Source: an uncultured bacterium
Lineage (GTDB): Bacteria > Oederibacteriota > CAKKQC01
Assembly (NCBI GenBank): GCA_964400385.1
Contig: CAYNUZ010000001.1
Coordinates: 62-64,061 of the forward strand
DNA length: 64,000 nucleotides
Reading direction: 5' to 3'
In this document: positions 1 through 11,600 of the stretch, piece after piece
Layout of the letters: the number at the start of each line of letters is the position of its first letter
Numbering within the stretch: position 1 is the stretch's first letter
Notes under the pieces: generated by a model
What the model saw: the letters and a program-made list of their open reading frames with translations, nothing else
Databases searched by the model: none
Told to the model about the DNA's origin: nothing
Translations under genes and position numbers: made by a program

Positions 1-484
1 CCCGCGGGAACCGGTCCGCGGCCCGGAGCATCAGCACGACCGCCCAGATGTACGCCGCGGCGAACGGCACGTCCTTGGAGTTGGTGAACATCTGCCCGGC
101 GTAGAGCGGCACCAGGGCCAGCAGCCCGGCGGCGAACAACCCCGCCCGCGGCCCGGCCAGCGCCACGGCCGCCGCCCGGCACCCCGCGATCCCGAGCAGC
201 CCGACCCCCGCGTTCACCAGGTTGCGCGTCTCGTGGAGCCCCAGCGGCGACGACCGGCTGAGCCACGCCACCACCGGCTCGTACAGCCCGCCGTAGTACC
301 GCCAGTCCCAGTACCGGAGGAAGGTGGTGTCCCGGCCGAGCGATCCGTAGTAGTTCAGCAGCATCCGGCCGTACTCGCTGCACGTGGGCTCATCCGCGGT
401 GATCCCGAAGTCCCGGAAGGTCCAGAGGACGAGCACCGCCAGCCCGCCGAACAGGCCCCACGTGGCGGCGCGGACGCGGGACAC
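1..484 (-). CDS. GT-C fold membrane glycosyltransferase, ArnT/PMT-like, N-terminal part only (gene runs off the window at position 1); probable GTG start at 484..482
   Basis: Minus-strand translation of 1..484 gives a hydrophobic polytopic N-terminus (VSRVRAATWGLFGGLAVLVLWTFRDFGITADEPTCSEYGRMLLNYYG...YYGGLYEP...LVNAGVGLLGIAGC...). The DEP-type acidic motif right after TM1 is as in ArnT/PMT-family GT-C enzymes and as in the paralog at 49777..51264 (EKPDEPGHFEV). The start lies 3 nt downstream of the stop of the 487..1470 gene. It is not in the ORF track because it is truncated. Confidence 0.45.
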   Translation of the reverse strand, partial: MSRVRAATWGLFGGLAVLVLWTFRDFGITADEPTCSEYGRMLLNYYGSLGRDTTFLRYWDWRYYGGLYEPVVAWLSRSSPLGLHETRNLVNAGVGLLGIAGCRAAAVALAGPRAGLFAAGLLALVPLYAGQMFTNSKDVPFAAAYIWAVVLMLRAADRFPR

Positions 485-486
485 GC

Positions 487-1470
487 TCAGGGGGCGGCGG
501 TCCGGTGGTCGGAGTGCCGCTCCCACGGGTGGGCGCCCACCTTCACCGACAACCCGCTCTTCGCGGGCCCGCTCCCGGGGGTCTCGAGGGTGAAGATGAC
601 CGAGATCGTCTCCCCCGCCGCCACGTCATACCCCTGCTCGAGGGGGAAGATCACCCGGCCCCAGTGCGTGGGCAGCGCCGCGGGGGCATTGGACAGGAGG
701 ATCCCCGGTGCGATGACCGAGTCGAACCACAGCGCCAGCCCGTTGATCCGCCCCGCCCGGTCGGCGGCGAAGGTCACGTCGGCCCGCATCGGGGCCTTCG
801 ACGCGGCGAGCGTCGTGGCCAGCGCGTCGTGGCTCCACAGCGCCTGCGCCGGGGCGAACAGGTGCCCCGCCAGCACGTGGTGCCGGCCGTAGTGCCACTC
901 GTCCACCGTCCAGTCCCAGAACTGCTTGAACGCCACCCCGTACGGCGTGCCGGCCCAGAAGTTCCGGTCGTGCTCCAGCGCCTCGTCGAATGCCGGCGCC
1001 ATCCATGTCGTGACCCGCTCCGGGATCATCCGGCCGCCGGGCTTGAGCCACCGGTCCCGCGCCAGCAGGAGCAGCGGCAGCATCCCCTCGTCCACCCCGT
1101 ACCCGCCCATCCACTCGAAGACGATGGCGTCCACCGGCTCCGGCAGGTCGGCCGACTCGATCCCGGCGCGGACCAGTGTGATGCGGTCCTCCATCGCGTT
1201 GTCCCGGATCAGCCACTGCGTGAAGTCGGCGATCGGCGACGGCTCCACCGCGTACACCTTCCGCGCCCCCGCCTGTACCGCCAGGATGCTGAGGATCCCC
1301 GTCCCCGCCCCCACGTCCAGCACCGCGTCCCCCGGCTTCACCACCGCCTTCAGGCCCGCCCGGAACGCCTCCACCCGAACCACATCCGACACCATCCGCC
1401 GGTGGATATCCAGGTGGTCATACGGCGCATCCGATGTCCTCGCATACTCCGGGGACACCTCCGGGGACAT
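487..1470 (-). CDS. Protein arginine N-methyltransferase (PRMT)-like class I SAM-dependent methyltransferase
   Basis: Within ORF 487..1785 the ATG at 1470..1468 gives MSPEVSPEY...; upstream in-frame residues are Arg/Gly-rich read-through overlapping the neighbouring gene. Motif I VLDVGAGTGILSILAVQAGARKVYAVE, acidic post-I, double-E loop FEWMGGYGVDEGML, and THW loop ALPTHWGRVIF are all diagnostic of the PRMT family. Confidence 0.7.
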   Translation of the reverse strand: MSPEVSPEYARTSDAPYDHLDIHRRMVSDVVRVEAFRAGLKAVVKPGDAVLDVGAGTGILSILAVQAGARKVYAVEPSPIADFTQWLIRDNAMEDRITLVRAGIESADLPEPVDAIVFEWMGGYGVDEGMLPLLLLARDRWLKPGGRMIPERVTTWMAPAFDEALEHDRNFWAGTPYGVAFKQFWDWTVDEWHYGRHHVLAGHLFAPAQALWSHDALATTLAASKAPMRADVTFAADRAGRINGLALWFDSVIAPGILLSNAPAALPTHWGRVIFPLEQGYDVAAGETISVIFTLETPGSGPAKSGLSVKVGAHPWERHSDHRTAAP

Positions 1471-1478
1471 ATATGATA

Positions 1479-2507
1479 TTATGCTTTTCTCGGGGGTGAG
1501 GTGTCGACACCCGGGAATGAGATGCGCACCGAGGGGGCCAGCGCCTCGCCCCGCACGATGCCTCGGCTCACGGCCGATTGGGTGAGCCCCAGCCGCCGGG
1601 CGACGGCGACTTCCGTCCACCCGAGCCGCTCCACCAGCCAGTAGCAGGCCAGCGCCCGCGCCCGGACCCGCGCCGGAATCTTGTTGGGGCCGTTCATGGC
1701 GGCGAAGGGCACGTCGGTCGCCTCCGCGACCTTCCGGATGACGGCGTCCATCGTCACTCCAGCCCGACGGGCCCGGCTCCGCCACCGCTCCTGCTCCTCG
1801 GTGCGCCGCAACGCCTTCTCGACGAAGGATCCGGACCCCAGGACGCGCTCATCCGCTCGGGCGTCGTTCTTCTTCTCTCCGCCTTCCTGCTCCCAGCCCC
1901 CCTCAATCAGGTGCTTGAAACCCGGCTCCTGTTCCTTCGCGTCAGCCTGCGACTGCAGCCCCTTCTCGCAGAAGGCTAGGTAGGCCGACCGAGCGGCTGC
2001 GGTCCCCTTCCCGAAGCGCTTGAGGACCTCATCGATCTCCTGCCACGGCTGCGGGGACAACCCGATCAACGACCGATGGCCGGACCACGGGTAGCGCGAC
2101 AGCCCCGCAAGACTTTCCACCACGCCCGCCCGGACCGGATTCAGGTGGACGTACCGGACGAGCTCAAGGAGATAGGCTTCCTTTTCGCACAGGAGGGACT
2201 TGTACCGGCCCTCGAAGAGATGCCCCGTCCGCTTCCACTTGTTGTTGAAGGCGATCGCGTACCCGCCGAAGACGCCGTGCAGCACCTTGGCCAGCGGCCG
2301 GCTGCCGGTCTCCAGCACCAGGTGGATGTGGTTGGGCATCAGCGCCCAGGCCAGGCACCGGGTCTTCGTGCGTGCGAGGGCGGCAGTCAGCCGATCGAGG
2401 AAGTGGAGGTGGTCGGCCCGGTCACGGAAGATCCGCGCGCGCTCGTGCCCCCGCGTCATCACGTGGTGCACGGCACCCGGAGCGTCCAACCGGCCCTGTC
2501 GCGGCAT
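1479..2507 (-). CDS. IS200/IS605-like Y1 (HUH) transposase-family protein with C-terminal DnaA domain-IV-like HTH
   Basis: HUH motif HIHLVLET, conserved upstream HVMTRGHERARIF block, Tyr-containing helix (FEGRYKSLL...YVHLNP). C-terminal ~90 aa (IPARVRARALACYWLVERLGWTEVAVARRLGLTQSAVSRG) resembles the DnaA C-terminal DNA-binding fold. This single-gene architecture is common and often domesticated. Confidence 0.7.
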   Translation of the reverse strand: MPRQGRLDAPGAVHHVMTRGHERARIFRDRADHLHFLDRLTAALARTKTRCLAWALMPNHIHLVLETGSRPLAKVLHGVFGGYAIAFNNKWKRTGHLFEGRYKSLLCEKEAYLLELVRYVHLNPVRAGVVESLAGLSRYPWSGHRSLIGLSPQPWQEIDEVLKRFGKGTAAARSAYLAFCEKGLQSQADAKEQEPGFKHLIEGGWEQEGGEKKNDARADERVLGSGSFVEKALRRTEEQERWRSRARRAGVTMDAVIRKVAEATDVPFAAMNGPNKIPARVRARALACYWLVERLGWTEVAVARRLGLTQSAVSRGIVRGEALAPSVRISFPGVDTSPPRKA

Positions 2508-2638
2508 GCCTCATTGTGCGGGTTTCCGCCATCCCCGTCAAGGAATCGGGAGATATCATAACTGTCCCTTTTGGGATGTCCCTTTTGGGACCGGGACCTC
2601 AGAACCGAACTGGAACGTAGATCGCCGAATCAGCTGTC

Positions 2639-5600
2639 TCAATGATGATTGTTTCCGTTCCCATTGCTCTTGTCGTCGTGGTTGATCACGAAGTCGTTCG
2701 GATTGTTCCCATTGTGCCACCCGTTGTCGTGCGAATCGCCGGACGGAGACCCGCCACCTGACACGGACGAACCACCGTTTCCTCCGCCGGAAGCCGCCGA
2801 CTGTGGCCCTCCGCCCGCATTCGCCGACCCGGCTGCCACGACCGATTGGCCGCCGGGTGACCCGGCTCCTGAAAGGCGCACCGGCCCTGAGCCGCCCACC
2901 AAGGTCTCATTACCGAGCGCCTGGAGATGGACCAATCTGGACTCCGTCCTGACACCATCCGATGCCATGAACAGTGCGTCATATTTCCCGGGCGCGACCG
3001 AAACACCCTGCTCGTTATGCCCGTCCCAAGCGATCTCATGCCATCCAGGGGAATGTCCGGGGCCGCCGGGCGCGGCATCGTCCGTCATCCAGACGCGCCG
3101 GTTCGACCCTTCCTCGACGACCGCGATCCGTACGGTCGCGGGAAGGCGGAGTCGATAGCGAAGCGTGGTTCCGCCTTGATCGACCTGGAAGGCGGCGGGC
3201 TCAGCGGAGGCCGTGATGAGCAGGGCGTCCATTTGACCATCGACAAACACGGTGGTGGACACCTCGGTCGCCAGGCCGGCGCTGTCTCCCACGACGAGCC
3301 GCAGGCGGTAGGGACCGGACGGGAGGTTGCTGGTGTCCCACAAGCCCAGGTCACCGCCGAGCACCGGTTGATCCGAGACCCCGATCGGTGAGATCGCCGC
3401 GAGCGGAGGAATTGTCGCGAACCCAAGGGCGTAGGAGCCGAACGGAGCAGCCCACGCCGTTCCTGAAACCACCACAACGCCCCGGACCGTCTCGCCCCGG
3501 CCAGGCGAGGCAATCAGCGCTCGCGGACTCCCTGCGCCGACCACCACATGAACCTCCCGGGTGACCACCTCCCCTCCCGTTCCGGTCGCGGTGAGGCGAA
3601 CCACGTATTTTCCGTGCAGTACGTGGGTAGCGTCCCAGGTTCCCAGCATCGAATCGACGACCTGCGAGCTAGATCCCGCGATCGTGGCCCACATGGTTGA
3701 GCCCACCACTGCCGCCTGAAGCCGCCACAATCCCAGGCGTCTCCCGCTGACTGTGCCCCGGACGTTCACTCGGCCTTCGACACTCGCATCATCGCCGGGG
3801 GAGCTGATGGCCACCAGCATGGGGTCGGTCGCGCTGGCGATGTTCGACGGGACACTGAGATTGCCGACCGCATCCTCGGCCCGGACAACATAGTAAAAGG
3901 TCGGTCCCGGAACGAGTCCGGTGTCCGCGGTGTCCGTGAAGTATGTCGTGGTCACGGTCGCGATTCGCGTCCCCAGGGTAAACCCACCCGGCACATCTGA
4001 ACGGAAGATCCAGAACTGCGAGACTGGGAACGTCTGATCCACGGGCTTGCTCCACCCGAGGTCAATGGTTCCTACCCCCCCCACCGCTGCCAGGTCGGTG
4101 ACCGGGAGAACTCCCGGCCCGAATCCCAGTCGTCCAATGTCCACCCCCGAAACGCCGATGGATGTGCCGACCATGGCCGGCGGTGCATTCGGGAACCGGG
4201 ACCGCTCAAAATTGCTCGGGACGCGGTCCAGTTTTTGCACGGTGGAACCGTCTGCAGTGGACACCAGAACCATGCCGCCGAGTCCGTCCGCGACCTGCGT
4301 ATCGGACTGGAATGCCGCGATGAGCCCGTTGGCTCCGGACAAGTGGGAAGCGGTCAGGTCATCACGTTCCCACAATGGAGTCGCCCCGCCGCCGGTCAAG
4401 GCGGCGGTCAAGTCATACGCATGGAGCCGATCCGGGATGCCGGATCCGGCGGCTCCACCGGAGAAGAAGTACATGTGGTTCTGTCCATCAATGACCGGCG
4501 AATAGGCCAGGGGTCGCGCATCCGGATCCGGGACCGCCAGGAGGACGCGCGAGGTTTCCACTCCGCTCGTCCCGTCGAAAATGAGGATGCCCACACTTGA
4601 ACCCACCACAACCTGGCCTCCGACCAACGCCGGCTGGAAGGTGTGGCCGAATGGATCGGTCCCGATCGTGCGGCTCCACTGCAACGTCCCGGTCACGGCA
4701 TCCAGGGAGAACAGTCGTCCGTTGCCGAACGTCGCGTACACGCGGCCATTCCCCGTGATGGGCCCGCCGACGACGGTGTTGTTGTCGATCACGGGAGTGC
4801 CCCCGGTCGTGCCCAGCGTCTTCGTCCATGCGAGCAAACCATCCGTCAGCGAAAACGCCGCAAGGATGTTGTTTTGCCCGGCATAGACCAGCCCACCGGA
4901 TCCAGCGATCTGACTGTATCCACCGATGGCCACCTGGCTGCCGAACCTGTCATGGCTCGTCCAGTTAAGCGCCAGCGTTTCCGTGTCGTATCCGCGAATC
5001 GCCCACGGGCTGTGCAGGATCTGGGGGAATACAAAGTTGACATTAACCACCCCGATGACCACCGTGTTCCCGAAGACGGCCGGCCCGGTAAAGTTCGTCC
5101 CCTCCACCTCGAGCCCTCCGCTGTCCTCGAAGCGGGAGAAGTGCAGGACCTCGCCGGAGGCGAAATCGAGTTGTTGGAAGTACTGGCCCATGACCTGATA
5201 CATCCTGCCGCCAGCGACCGCCGCGCCCCCGGTACCGAATATCACGCCGCCCTCGCTTCCGTACTGCTTCCACTTGAGTTCAAGCGGCGGCTGCGGAGTT
5301 GCGATCGGGCTGAAGGCGCGACGTGCGCCCCAGTACGAGGACATCGGCCAGTCGGCCGGTGCGTTCACGACGCACCCGGCGATCATGGACGTGGCACTGA
5401 CGTGCCCGGCAATATCCTCCGCCTGGACACCGTAATCATGCTGGACAAACTCATCGGCGATGACATCCGTGTACGCGGTGCTGGCCCCGTCGCGCACGAA
5501 GGAGGCAAGGGTCAAGCCCCCTCCGGCCACCGACCGATAGATGAAATAGCCGGATAGGGGCAGACTGGCCCCCTGCGGACTCCACGTCAGCATCACGGTT

Positions 5601-8600
5601 CCGGCCAGGCCGCACGTGGCGACGACGTCCGCCGGTGAGTTGACGAACGGTACAAAGACGTTGACCGTCGCCTGTCCCTGCGGGCCCGTGGCCGTGCTGG
5701 TGTCCCTCGCAGTGATCACCTGCGGACCCCCGGTGAAGAGGGTCGCGCTGAATCGGTGGATTCCCGCATCCGTCTTGCTGAACGCGTAGGGGACCGGGAA
5801 CCGTCCCAGGGGATCGCTCGACGTGAAGGCGACGGTCCCGCCGAAGTTGCTAATCACGTTGTTGAACTGGTCCTCGGCCGTCACCGTCACGCTGAATCCG
5901 ATCGCCGGCGGCGCGCTGGCCGGCGCCTGCACCACCAGCTGGCTGGCCTGCCCGGTGGACGGATGCACCGAGAGCGTCGTCGAACCGTTGATCCCCGGCC
6001 GGTCCACGACGAACCCGCTGATCGTCACGGTTCCGGTCTTGAAGAGCCTTCCCCCAAACGTTCCCCCGCCCGAGGTGATCGAGACGAACGGAGGCATCTG
6101 TGCCTGCGGATCGGAATAGGTGAGGGCGATCGTCCCGATGAAGTGCAGGTCCTGGGCGCCGTCCACGGTGAGGGCCCGGATGACCATGGTGATCGGTTCA
6201 TTCACGGCCGCATTCGCCGGCACCTCGATGACGAGGCGGACGGCCTGCTTGATGCCGAAGGCGGTGTTCCCCGTCACGATATTCAGCTGGGAGATGGACG
6301 GCGCGGCGTTGGTCTCGGCGACATTCTCGCTGCTGACGTAGGTCAGGGCGGGGGTCCCGCCGACGGAACCGAGTTCGAAGCCGACGAGATGTCCTTCATA
6401 CTGGGTCTTGCCGACGGGCAGCAGGGAGGCCGTGTAGAACAACCGCGTGTCGGCGACGGCGGGAGCGGAGAAACTCTTCGCCGCCGTGTACTGGCCCGGG
6501 AGGGTCACATCCGCCGTGGATTGGAGCGCTCCCGTATCCGCGGCGTACACCCGTAACGCACCGTCGGTCCCGCCGACGGCATAAATCCGGCCGTTCGCGA
6601 TCGCCACCTCGGCCGGGAACGTGACGCCCGGCTGACTGATGCTCCAGACCCCCATTCCGTCGGAGGCGCGGATGGCCATCAGGTGCGATCCAGCCGGAAT
6701 GATGACGTTGGCGCCGGCCAGCGAGGGCGCTGCCGTCAGCCCGGTCACACCGAGGTTCATCTGGGCGTGCAGGCTCCCCCACCGTGTCCGGAGGTCGTAG
6801 TCACCGGTTCCGAAGGCGTAGAACAACCCGCGCTCCGTCAGGAAGATGACGCTCTCGCCCGAGACGATGGGCGGGAAGATGCGGTCCGCCGCCGCCGTTC
6901 CCGCGAGCGTGGCGCTCCAGAGGACCCGGTGGGTGGCGATCTCGACGGCAAAGACATGCCCGCCCATCCCGATGTAGACCACTCCCCCGCCCACGGTCGG
7001 TCCGACGCGAGGCGCCGCGGTCGGGGTGGCGGATCCAGGCCCCACGCCGGTGGGGGGCGTGAGGGTCACGGACCAGACTGCCGTCGTCGTGCCGGTGCTG
7101 ACATTCCCCACGCCGTCCAATGCCATCAACGAAGAGCCGTTCGTCACGAAGACCAGGTCGTTCTGGATCGCGGGCCAGAGGGTCACCGGTGGCGCAACCA
7201 CATTCCCAATGCTCCGTTGCCACAGGGAGGTGCCGCTGGCAAGATCCACCGCCTGCACCACCCCGCCCGCGGTCTGCCGATAGAGGTGCGTGCCCATGAT
7301 GGCGCCCGCGATATACGCGCCCGCCGTGGTGCCCCACTTGCGCGTCGGCTGGAAATAGAAGACCTCCGACTTCGCGTTGCCCTGGTGGGACACCTCCCGC
7401 TGAATGTGCCGCCAGTTGGTTTCGACGAGCGCTGCGGCGGACGAGCCGTTGCTCGGCTCGCTCCACTGTCCGTGATCGTCGCGCGCGCGCACGATGTAGG
7501 CGTACGAGGCCCCCTCCTCCACGGTGTCATCCACGAAGGCTATCGTGGAGGCACCCGATAACCGGGCGATCGGCATGAAGGGAGAATCCCCGCTCTTGCG
7601 GAACACGTCATACCCGGATACCGGGAATGAACCGTCATTCGCGATGGTCCACCCGAGACTGACTCCCCCCGACACCCCGGTGGCGACAAGCAGTGTTGGC
7701 GTCTGCGGACCCGGGAACACCGTTACAGGAGCAACCAGTGACGGCGGACTTTCCAGACCGTGCGACTCGACCGCCGTGACCCGGTAATAGTAGGTCGCGA
7801 AATCTGCGACACCAAGATCGACGTACAGTGTGGCGCTCCGCCCGCTGGGCGCTGCGATGAACGCAAACGGGCCGGCCGCTCCTGTGGCCCGGAAAAGGCG
7901 ATAGCCGACAACTGTGTCGAGGGGCAGAGCAGGCAGATTCCAATTGACCGTAGTCCGCTCGGCTCCGCCTTCGGCCACTACGTCAACGGGCGGATGTGGC
8001 AGGACCGTGACTGTAACGCTTCCCGCCAGCCCACCCGTGTCCGTCACCGTGATGGTCGTAGTTCCCGTAACGTAAACGGTCGAGGTGGCAAACCGCCTGA
8101 GTCCGCCATTCGCTCCTGTCAACGATGTGGCTGCCGGCAGATTGGCGAACTGGTCAGTCGAGGTGAAGGTAACCGTACCGAGATACGAGAGAACCTGACG
8201 GCCCGTCAGATCCATGGCGGTCACTGTTTGGGAGAATGTCACTCCTGCGACCAGTGGCGGCATGACGGTGATCCGAAATGCCACGGGGGTATTATTGGAA
8301 TACGCCACCGTCCCGGCTAGGTTGGTCGTTGAACGGAATGCGAACAAACGATGCCGCGCCACCATCAGCGGGGATCCTGTATTCGAATCCGTCCCCCGCC
8401 ATACTTCCACACCGAAAGTACTGGACACCGTGGCCTGCCGTAAGACCGCAGGCCGTCGGTCACCATTGTTGAGGATGTCCGTGACATAGACATCACCGTG
8501 GACGATGGGTGGCGCCTCCGTGGAGTCAGCTGGCGCTGCCCAGAGGAAATGCCCATCCGTCCCGTCCAGGACATAGATTAGCGTGTGACTGGAAACGCGC

Positions 8601-11600
8601 ACGAAGGTATAGACTCGGCGCGCCGAATCGATCGCGCTTGCCGAATGGATCTGTACGCCAAGCGATGGCGGCGAGGAGATGATTCGCGAGAACCACCGGA
8701 ATCCGCCGTCTGCGAGATTGAGAGCCAGAATTCCGGTCGTGGTCCCGCTCAAGGCGGGGACGACGATCAGATCCTCCCCGATCGTGGGAACTCGGGTGCA
8801 CGCGAAATCGGCGTTTCGCCATTTTTCCACCCCCGTCATCGCGTCGAGCGCCATGACGCCATTTTTCGTTCCGACCACCACCAGGTGATCCCGAACCGAA
8901 GGCGCGCCCCGGCTCGTAAAGTGCTCGTCGACGGCATCTGCAAAGAGCGTTTCCGTCCAACGGACTTGACCGGTCGTCATCTCCACGGCCAGGGCATCAC
9001 TTCCGCCGGGGCCGAGGAACCGCTGCCGGACGACGTAGGCCAACTCCCCTGTGGACGCGCCGATTGCCGATTGCCCGGCCGCCATCGGAGGGCTCAACTT
9101 AATCCCGCCACCCAGCGTCAACGTCCAAGCGAATGCGCCGGTGTCGGCCCGATACCCTTGGAGACGGTCGGAGAAGGTCACACAACTGCAGGGGCACTCC
9201 AGCAGTCCGAATCCGGTGATGACTAGACGCTCATGCTCATACGTCATGCCTCGGATGCCAATGTGTCCGACCACCGTCCGGCTCCATAAGATCGTTCCGG
9301 TGTCCACGTCGCGCGCATGCAGGAGGAAATTCCTGGCAGAAATACATGTGACGACACCTGGCCCGCGGATCACGGGCTGCGGAAGTTGCGTCTCGGTATA
9401 GACCCGCCCGTGTGCAACCAGGACCGGCCCCCCGGTATTATTGGCCGTTGTCGAGGCCGACCAATCCAGCCGGTACGGGGGCGAGACGGGCTCAAACTCC
9501 GGTGCTGAAGTTCGGGCATTCGAGAACGAGTATCTCGGCCAGTCGTGGGTCGTGATGAAGTAGGGGCCGTAATCCCGCTCCGGGCCGGCGTTACCGACGC
9601 CGTCCACGGCCCGGATGTGCAGCACATGCTCGCCATAGGCGTGCTCGGCTAGATGAACGATCGCATCGGCGGGGACCCGCCGGAATCCTACCTCATCGTC
9701 CACCCGCCAGTCGAAGAAGCGAACGCCCGACGGGATTTTTCCCTGATCGCCGCCCGAGTCGGTCGCGGTCATGGTGATATCGGTGTCGTCGAAGACATAG
9801 GTATGCCCGTCCGCAGAGGCTAGCGGCTGCGGATTGAAGAATGCCGTCGCTAGCCCCGGCGGCGTGAGATCAATCGTAAACCTCAGCTGGCGACCTCGCC
9901 CGAAATTCGTTTCATCCGAGCAATTGCCGACCCGATCGCATCCAAAGATCTTGATCGTATAAGTGCCTTCGGCCCGCCCCAGACCGGGGGTGATGGCTGC
10001 GGGGAACGGCTGAATCGGTTCGTCGTCAATCCGGTAGAAAGCGTGGTCAAAACCGGAACCTTCGAATCCGTCGCCATAACCGTAGGACACCTGCGTCGAG
10101 GGGCCGATGAAGACGCCGTTGATCCCGATGTTTAGGACAGCGATGCCTGCCCCCTGGGCGATCAATGCTGGATCAAACGAAGTCGCCGACAGGAGGCCAT
10201 CCAGCGGAAGCGGAATGCCCTGCGATGTCGCGGAGAAGACGAAGTCCGCCTCGGTCAAGGTTGCAGTGGCAGGCGGCAGCGACATCGGGGCTTGGGGCTG
10301 GCTGGGGCCGACATAGGACGGCTGGCCAATTGTGAAGGCCAGAACGGGAGGCCGCGAGTCCACGATAATCGTCGCCGAGCGGATCCGTTCGCTGTTCCCC
10401 GCGATGTCCACGCTCTGCCATGACAGAAGATGCCTGAGGTTCAGGACGGCACCGGTGAAAGTCTCCGTAAACGGCAAAAGCCGTCCTGTGGTGCCTTCGC
10501 GGAAGTCGGTCTCCGTCACAATCCCACTTCCCGTGTCGGACGCGGAGAACCCAAGCGTGGTCGAAGGAGAAACGAAGAGCGCCAAGTCTCCGACCGCGAT
10601 CGGGGTCGCCGTCACCATGTGGGCGCCGAACACCAGCGTGGTGGTGGGCGGATCTACATCAAGCCAGCGATCGGCTCGGGCCATGACACTTTGATTCCCC
10701 ACTCGGTCTCGGGTCACAACTTGATAACTGTATTTCTGACCGTAGACGAGGCCCTGGTCGACGAACAGAGCCGTGCTTGGGACCAGGCCCGTGCCCGTCA
10801 GCGGAATGTCGTCCCTCGAGACGAGAATGCCTTCCACGTCGGTGGACGAGGGCGAAACCCAGTCGAGCCGGATCACGCTGTGCGTCACCACCCGCGTGAA
10901 TAGATTACTGACGGGTGGCGGCGGGGTCAGATCCACCTGGACGATGGCATCCACAGCCCCGGTGTTCCCCACCCGATCCGCCCCCAGCAGGTGAAGGAGG
11001 GCGGGGCCGTCGGCGAGACTGCCGCTCCCCAAGAAGACTGTCGCCTCGAATTGAGACTGTCCGTCCAGCGCCGCCGTCGCGGAGAACTCGACCGGCAAAT
11101 GCACCCCAAATCGATCCGTGAGGCTACCAGTCAGTGCATCCAACGGCTCGGACGAAGCGACGTCCACCACGAGAGGCCCTAACCCAACGGGATTGGGATG
11201 CACGGTCAAGGTCAGTCGCGGGGCGCCGGCATCCACAACGAACGTAGCTGAAACCGTCTTCACCAGAGCACCAATCGTTGCCGTAACGAAGACCGTCGAG
11301 GTTCCGCTGATGGAATTCGTCGGCACCCCGATGGTCGCGAAGAAACTCCCGCTGGCTTCCCGGGTCCCCGGCACCACATCGGCGATCAGCTCGACGGAGG
11401 TCGTCGTCGGCAGACCGGGGAATTTGACAGCGACCGTCGGCTTCCCGATCAATGCACCGGCACTCACGAAGAGATCGATACCTTCGCCAGGACTCACACG
11501 GGCCGGAGCAACTCGGATCTTGAGCGCCGTCAGGCCCGGGTCAACATAGAAACTACCCTGACCTTGGCCCTTGGTTCCCAGCAGATCCGCTCCTACGGCG

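Noticed and set aside
233-1216. Plus-strand ORFs 233..892, 384..593, 505..1476 and the minus-strand 626..1216 ORF
   Set aside because: Arg/Pro/Gly-rich translations typical of wrong-frame reading of high-GC DNA. The region is explained by the minus-strand PRMT-like gene and the truncated GT-C gene.
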